A DNA stretch of 31,424 nucleotides, from the NCBI GenBank assembly GCA_027593235.1, contig JAQCIU010000036.1, positions 1-31,424 on the forward strand, read 5' to 3'. A program made the translations under genes and the position numbers. The notes below the pieces were generated by a model, which did not search any database, was not told where the DNA came from, and worked only from the letters and a program-made list of their open reading frames with translations. The DNA is from Chloroflexota bacterium (GTDB lineage: Bacteria > Chloroflexota > Dehalococcoidia > UBA2979). Positions 26,128 through 31,424 of the stretch are shown here, piece after piece. Each line of letters starts with the position of its first letter. The first letter of the stretch is position 1.

Positions 26128-28572
26128 CTAAGACGGCGCCGAAGACCCCCGGAGTTCGGCGCCAAACTGCTTCTCGAGGCGCTTGAGGATCTTCGCCTGC
26201 TCGCGGTCCGCGTCTTCCTGCGTCAGCGTGCGGTTCGGCGCCTGGTAACGCACCGAGATGGCAACGGACTTCTTGCCGGCGGGAAGCTGCGCGCCGCGAT
26301 ACACGTCGAACGGACGGGCGCTCGCGACAAGCGCTGAGCCCTCGAAGACCGCGCTGACGGCGCCGGCGGAGACCGCGTCGTCGAGGACCAGCGCGACGTC
26401 CTGTTCAACAGCGGGGAAGCGCGGGATGCCGGCAACGAGCTTCTGGTCGCGGACGTGGGACATCACCCCGGCGAGGTCCAGTTCGAAGAGCGTGACCGGC
26501 TGGTCGATCTCGAACTGCGCGATCACCTCGGGGTGCATCTCGCCCAGCACACCAACCGTCTGCCCATCGATCGAGAGCCGCGCAACGCGACCGGGCATCA
26601 TCCCGAATTCCTGGTCCGCCTCGTAGGTCAGCGTGAGATCGAGCGCGTTCATCGCGTCATCGAGCGCGCCCTTGGCGTCGTAGAAGTCGAGCGCACGGTC
26701 GGTCGGCCGTCCCCAGCGATCGAGGTCAAAGCCAGAGAGTGCGCCGACGACGTAGTCGCGCTCCTCGGGCTGTGGCTCGCCATCTCGCGGCAGGTAGACG
26801 CGCGCGGCCTCGAATACCGCGATCTCGGGTGCGCCGCCGCGGATGTTGCGGTCGACGACCTCGAGCAGCGAGTGGCGGAGCGTGGGACGCATCACCTGCC
26901 GGTCGGAGGAGAGCGTGTTCTCCAGCCGCAGCGGCCGGATGATCGCGAGGTCCTCGGCCGGCATCACGCGCGCCAGCACCTCATCGGTCGTCAGCGAGTA
27001 GGTGATGACCTCTTGCCAGCCGGCGTCGACCATGGCGTCGCGGATGCGGTCACGGAAGGCACGGAGCGGCACCGGCTCCCAGACGGGCGTGCGGCCCTTG
27101 ATGGTGGTCCCCGGCAAGCGGTCGTACCCGGCGAGGCGCACGACCTCCTCCGCGAGGTCGTCGGCGATCGAGATGTCCGTACGCCACCAGGGCGCGCGGA
27201 CGCGGAAGGTGCCGTCAGCCGAACCGCCGTCCGCTTCAAGCACCGCGAAACCGAGCGTGCCGAGGATCTGGGCGACCTCGTCGCTTGGGACGTGGAACCC
27301 AATCAACGTGTCGAGGCGCGCGCGGGTGATGGCGACCTCGGGCGATTCGTAGGGCGCCGGATAGGCGTCGACGATGCCGGAGCGCGCGGTGCCGCCGCAG
27401 ACCTCGACGAACAGCTTCGTCGCGCGGCGCGCGGCGCGCTCGGCCAGCTCCGGCGAGAGGCCGCGCTCGAAACGCGACGACGCCTCGGAACGGAGCGCAA
27501 GCCGCGTCGAGGTGCGGCGGATGCTCACCGGGTCGAAGCGCGCAGCCTCAAGCAGCACCGATGTCGTGGCCTCGGACACCTCGGTCGACTCGCCGCCCAT
27601 CACCCCGGCCAACGCGATCGGGCCGCTCTCGTCGGTGATCAGCAGTGTCTCGGTGGTCAGCGCGCGATCGACGGAGTCGAGCGTGCGCAGCGTTTCGCCC
27701 TCGCGAGCGTTGCGGACGACGATGCGGTTCTGCACCGCATCGAGGTCGAAGGCGTGGAGCGGCTGCCCCAGCTCGAACATCACGAAGTTCGTTATGTCGA
27801 CGACGTTGTTGATCGGGCGCTGCCCTGCCGCGATCAATCGCTCCTGGAGCCACGCCGGCGACGGACCAACGGTTATGTCATCGATGACCGTGGCGACGTA
27901 GCGGGCGCAGAGATTCGGATCGGCAATCTCGACCGCGATCGCCTCGGCCGCCGGCTCTCCCGCCTCGGGGTAATCGAGCGCCGGCTCCCGCACCGCGGTG
28001 CCGAGGATGGCGGCGACCTCGCGGGCGATGCCGAGCATCGACATCATGTCGGCGCGGTTCGGCCAGATATGGACGTCCAGCACGACATCGCCGAGGTAGT
28101 CCGCCAACGGCGTGCCGATCGGCGCATCCGCGGGCAGTTCGATGATGCCGTCGTGCGATTGCGAGAGGCCGAGTTCGGCCTCGGAGAGTACCATCCCGGC
28201 CGACTCGACGCCACGGATCTTGTTGGCCTTCAGCTTCTGGAGATTGCCACTCTGCGGGTTGGTCAGCTCCGCGCCCTCGCGGCCGAAGGCGATGCGCTGG
28301 CCCTCGGCAAGGTTCGGCGCGCCACAGACGACCCGCTGCGGCTCCGCGCCGCCGTAGTTCACGGTCGCAAGGCGCAGGCGGTCGGCGTCGGGATGCGGCT
28401 CGACCTTCAGCACCTCGCCAACGGTCACCAGCTCGCGGTCCCAGTCGCCACCGATGCGGTTGACGGCATCCACCTCGGCGCTGGCCATGGTGAGCTGCTG
28501 CGCAAACGCGTCCACATCGAGGTCGGCGGGCAGGTCAACGTAGTCACGGAGCCACTTGAGGGAGACGAGCAC
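26128..28572 (-). CDS. pheT: Phenylalanine--tRNA ligase beta subunit
   Basis: MLVSLKWL, HPDADRL, VCGAPN, RGVESAGM, PNRADMMS, PINNVVDITN, GQPLHAFD, RFERG, DLAEEVVRLAGY and FDX-ACB (FDVYRG..GKKS) motifs. Confidence 0.98.
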   Translation of the reverse strand: MLVSLKWLRDYVDLPADLDVDAFAQQLTMASAEVDAVNRIGGDWDRELVTVGEVLKVEPHPDADRLRLATVNYGGAEPQRVVCGAPNLAEGQRIAFGREGAELTNPQSGNLQKLKANKIRGVESAGMVLSEAELGLSQSHDGIIELPADAPIGTPLADYLGDVVLDVHIWPNRADMMSMLGIAREVAAILGTAVREPALDYPEAGEPAAEAIAVEIADPNLCARYVATVIDDITVGPSPAWLQERLIAAGQRPINNVVDITNFVMFELGQPLHAFDLDAVQNRIVVRNAREGETLRTLDSVDRALTTETLLITDESGPIALAGVMGGESTEVSEATTSVLLEAARFDPVSIRRTSTRLALRSEASSRFERGLSPELAERAARRATKLFVEVCGGTARSGIVDAYPAPYESPEVAITRARLDTLIGFHVPSDEVAQILGTLGFAVLEADGGSADGTFRVRAPWWRTDISIADDLAEEVVRLAGYDRLPGTTIKGRTPVWEPVPLRAFRDRIRDAMVDAGWQEVITYSLTTDEVLARVMPAEDLAIIRPLRLENTLSSDRQVMRPTLRHSLLEVVDRNIRGGAPEIAVFEAARVYLPRDGEPQPEERDYVVGALSGFDLDRWGRPTDRALDFYDAKGALDDAMNALDLTLTYEADQEFGMMPGRVARLSIDGQTVGVLGEMHPEVIAQFEIDQPVTLFELDLAGVMSHVRDQKLVAGIPRFPAVEQDVALVLDDAVSAGAVSAVFEGSALVASARPFDVYRGAQLPAGKKSVAISVRYQAPNRTLTQEDADREQAKILKRLEKQFGAELRGSSAPS

Positions 28573-28813
28573 GGCATTCCTCGCGATCGAAGCTGGGTCA
28601 GCGCCCAGTCTGCCGCCTCCCCCCGATCCGGGCTAGCGTCTTCGACGCTCTCCGGGTCTGCCGCGCGAGTGCGTGGTGGGAGGTGAAGGTTCCGCATGCT
28701 GGCGGAGGTCGGTGGGCAGGGTCGCCAGAAACGATCGGCCGCGACAGAATCCGCGGCGGGCTCGCGATCGTTTGGCAGACAGGTGGTCGCGCGATCGAGG
28801 GGCGGGACAGCGG

Positions 28814-29371
28814 ATGAGAATCGACCTCGAACAGACGCGGCGCTCTGGACGTGCGGTGCTGATCGGTGCCGTAATTACCGCCGGGCTGTTCGCGTCGATC
28901 GCCACGAGTGGGTACGGGACCGAGCAGGTTCGGACGGACGAACCGAGCATCCCGGTCACCGACCTTGACGAGGCGTACGAGCGCTCGGTCCGCGCGTGCC
29001 CAGTCCTGGGCCTGGTCGACTATCCCGACGCGCATCCGGCGGTGTTCGAACTGACGGTGGACCTCGAGCGGCCACCGACCGGTACGTCTGTGCCCGTACG
29101 CCTCGCGATCGAGGACCTCGGACTGGAGATCGACGGCACACTCGACGAATCGACCGTTCGTCTTGGTCTGCGACTCACAGTGCCAATAGAGGACGCGCTG
29201 GCGTCGGGCGAGTGCTTTCCCGATGCCCGTGTACAGATTGGGCCGACCGATGGCACGCCCGATCGCGGCAACGTGAGCTGGGATCTCTCGGTGACGGCGG
29301 ACGTCGAGACTGCGGGGTTCAAATTCCCGTGGGAGGACGATCGAGGCATCCGGTTGGAAGTCCGACCGTGA
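28814..29371 (+). CDS. Hypothetical exported or membrane-anchored protein (185 aa)
   Basis: Basic then hydrophobic N-terminus, acidic beta-rich body and two Cys. GTGA overlap with the next gene. Confidence 0.65.
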   Translation: MRIDLEQTRRSGRAVLIGAVITAGLFASIATSGYGTEQVRTDEPSIPVTDLDEAYERSVRACPVLGLVDYPDAHPAVFELTVDLERPPTGTSVPVRLAIEDLGLEIDGTLDESTVRLGLRLTVPIEDALASGECFPDARVQIGPTDGTPDRGNVSWDLSVTADVETAGFKFPWEDDRGIRLEVRP

Positions 29372-29856
29372 ACACCCGGCGGGGCCGAGTGGCCTCTGGC
29401 CTGACGCATCCGATCCCGGTCCTCGCGATCGGGGTACTGCTGCTGAACGATCACTGGCTGAAGTCCGAGTGGGGGCACCCACTGACCGGCAAGCTCTCCG
29501 ACGTCGCCGGGCTGCTGTTCTTCCCACTGCTGCTGGTCGCCCTCGTCGAGGTCAGCCAGGCCGCGTCCCGCCACTATCGAGGGCCGTCGCGCCGGCTGCT
29601 GATGGCGGCGGTCGTGGCGACCGGCGTCGTGTTCGCGCTGGTCCAGGTGTTCCCGCCGATGACCGAGGTCTATCGCGTCACACTGGCCGCGCTGCAGCGG
29701 CCCGCGGTCGCACTGGAGGTCTTTCTCGACACCGGCGGTTTCGCGGCGATGCCACAGGTGACCGTCACGCCGGACGCGTCCGACTTGCTGGCGCTGCCCG
29801 CGCTGGCGGTGGCGTATGCCATCGGGCTCCGGGGCGTGCGGACGTCGGGCCGATAG
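29368..29856 (+). CDS. Conserved hypothetical membrane protein (LLNDHxLK...TGKLSD motif)
   Basis: GTG start overlapping the upstream stop; LLLNDHWLK, LTGKLSDVAGL and DASDLLAL motifs; about 4 TM segments. Confidence 0.8.
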   Translation: MNTRRGRVASGLTHPIPVLAIGVLLLNDHWLKSEWGHPLTGKLSDVAGLLFFPLLLVALVEVSQAASRHYRGPSRRLLMAAVVATGVVFALVQVFPPMTEVYRVTLAALQRPAVALEVFLDTGGFAAMPQVTVTPDASDLLALPALAVAYAIGLRGVRTSGR

Positions 29857-29911
29857 CGGCCTCGAAGCGCGGCGGCTATAAGTGGCCCTCGTGCATCCGA
29901 GGGGGCCGAGG

Positions 29912-30673
29912 CTGATCGACAAGCGGATCGCGACGTTCGACGAGGCAGTGGCCGATGTGCCGGATGGGGCGACGGTGCACTTTGGCGGGTTCGTCTCGCC
30001 GTGGAACCACCCGTCCTACCTGGTGGCGGCGGTGGCGCGGCAGGGCGCGAGCGGGCTGACGGCGGTTGCGACGGCGATGGGACGCGGGCCGGCGCGTTCG
30101 GACGAGCACAGCATGTGGTACCCGCCGGAGCGACGGCCCACGGACTACTTCGACATCGGATTGCTGGCTGAGCTGGGGCGGATTCGGAAGGGGATCACCT
30201 CTTTCCCTGTCGCTGCGCGGCACTCGCTGGTCTACCCGTTCGAGGCGCAGCTCGCCCGCGGTGAAGTCGAGGTGGAGGTGACCGGGCAGGGCTCGCTGGC
30301 CGAACGCATCCGCGCGGCGCGGGCCGGTATCGCGGCGTTCTACACGCCGGTTGGGCCGGGGACTGCCGTTGCCGAGGGCAAGGAGCTGCGCGACTTCGAC
30401 GGGGTGCCGCACGTGCTGGAGACGGCGCTGCACGCCGACTTCGCGCTGATCCGAGCGCAGCGCGCCGACCGGCACGGGAACCTGTGGTTCCGGGGGGCGC
30501 GGACGTTCAACGAGACGATGGCCGGCGCGGCGACGGTGACGGTCGCTGAGGTCGACGAGATCGTGGAGCTGGGGACACTCGGCCCCGAGGAGATCCACGT
30601 GGCAGGCGTCTACGTGCAGCGGATCGTCGAGCGGCCTCGGACGGCGGCGACGAGCTGGGAGCAGCCGCAGTGA
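29912..30673 (+). CDS. Family I CoA-transferase subunit A
   Basis: AVADVPDGATV.FGGF, QGSLAERIRAARAGIAAFYTP.G.GT, AD.HGNL, FN..MA.AA..TVAEV and EEIH..GVYV motifs. Start uncertain (CTG 29912, GTG 29882 or GTG 29891). Confidence 0.9.
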   Translation: MIDKRIATFDEAVADVPDGATVHFGGFVSPWNHPSYLVAAVARQGASGLTAVATAMGRGPARSDEHSMWYPPERRPTDYFDIGLLAELGRIRKGITSFPVAARHSLVYPFEAQLARGEVEVEVTGQGSLAERIRAARAGIAAFYTPVGPGTAVAEGKELRDFDGVPHVLETALHADFALIRAQRADRHGNLWFRGARTFNETMAGAATVTVAEVDEIVELGTLGPEEIHVAGVYVQRIVERPRTAATSWEQPQ

Positions 30674-31362
30674 CCGCCACACCAGAGCGGCTGCACCCGA
30701 CGGTGATGGCGATGGTGGTGGCGCGCGACTTCGAGGATGGCCAGGTCGTGAACCTCGGGGTTGGGTTACCCCTCGAATGCGCGAACGTGTTGCCGCCGGA
30801 CCGCGAGATTCTGCTGCACTCGGAATTGGGGATGTTGGGGTACGGGCCGGTGATCACGGACCCGGAACTGATCGACCCATTCGTGACGATTGTGGGGACG
30901 CTGCCGGTGACCGCGCAGCCGGGCATCGTCTTTATGAGCCACGACGAGTCGTTCGCGATGATTCGCGGCGGGCATCTCGATGTCGCGGTGCTCGGCGGGT
31001 TGCAGGTGGACCGCGACGGCAACCTCGCGAACACGCAGCTCGAGGGGAAACCGGCGGGGAACCTCGGTGGCGCGCCAGACCTCGCGTACTGCGCGAAGCG
31101 GACGGTGGTGCTGATGTTCCACACCACCACCTCGGGAGAGCTGAAGATCCTCGAGGCGTGCACGCTGCCGCTGACCGCGCCGCGCTGTGTCGACCGAATC
31201 GTGACGGACGTGGCGGTGATGGATGTTGTCGCCGCCTCGGATGACCGGCCGGGCGAGATTGTGCTGCGCGAGGTGGCGCCGGGATGGACGCCCGAGGCGG
31301 TGCAGGCGATCACCGGAGCGCGGCTGACGGTCGCGGACGACGTCCGCGAGATCGCGCTCTAG
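30670..31362 (+). CDS. Family I CoA-transferase subunit B
   Basis: VNLGVGLP, HSELG (catalytic Glu; SENG variant), SFAMIRGGHLDVAVLGGLQV, GGAPDL and CTLPLT motifs. GTGA overlap with subunit A. Confidence 0.92.
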   Translation: MTATPERLHPTVMAMVVARDFEDGQVVNLGVGLPLECANVLPPDREILLHSELGMLGYGPVITDPELIDPFVTIVGTLPVTAQPGIVFMSHDESFAMIRGGHLDVAVLGGLQVDRDGNLANTQLEGKPAGNLGGAPDLAYCAKRTVVLMFHTTTSGELKILEACTLPLTAPRCVDRIVTDVAVMDVVAASDDRPGEIVLREVAPGWTPEAVQAITGARLTVADDVREIAL

Positions 31363-31424
31363 GTGACTGGTGTCTTTCGAGGCTCGCGTCTGAGTCGCTG
31401 AGGGGGGAAGATCAGCGAACGGGG

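Noticed and set aside
26455-28686. 743-aa plus-strand ORF
   Set aside because: Antisense shadow of pheT.
28573-28813. Phe T-box or pheS remnant upstream of pheT
   Set aside because: No GGTGGnACC T-box motif on the minus strand and no PheS-like translation.

Overview
This is a high-GC (roughly 69% by eye) stretch of mostly core chromosome. The gene content suggests Chloroflexota, probably Dehalococcoidia-like; that assignment is inference. Left part, mostly minus strand: an isolated fliG, a GNAT, an exonuclease-DinG helicase fusion, a PHP phosphoesterase, a membrane protein, ispE, rsmA/ksgA and a large Alu-containing SRP RNA. These are followed by a divergent 466-aa unknown protein, a YdeI/OmpD-family protein, fabV, lepA, a stand-alone oppD/oppF ATPase pair and three tRNAs (Leu-TAG, Lys-CTT, Val-GAC). 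Right part: a Thr T-box with thrS, a biotin carboxylase and biotin carrier, infC (ATC start)-rpmI-rplT, a DUF4153 protein and a crotonase. After these come a frameshifted GNAT remnant, a RibD/DHFR-like gene, pheT with no adjacent pheS, a two-gene unknown unit and CoA-transferase A/B. I found no CRISPR array, transposase or integrase. The best leads are: the orphan FliG with a sigma28-like promoter; the 466-aa protein with an apparently inactivated restriction-endonuclease-like C-terminus; a strand-specific ~160-nt rod-shaped structure 3' of pheT; an attC-like site after the RibD/DHFR-like gene; and the split of pheT from pheS.
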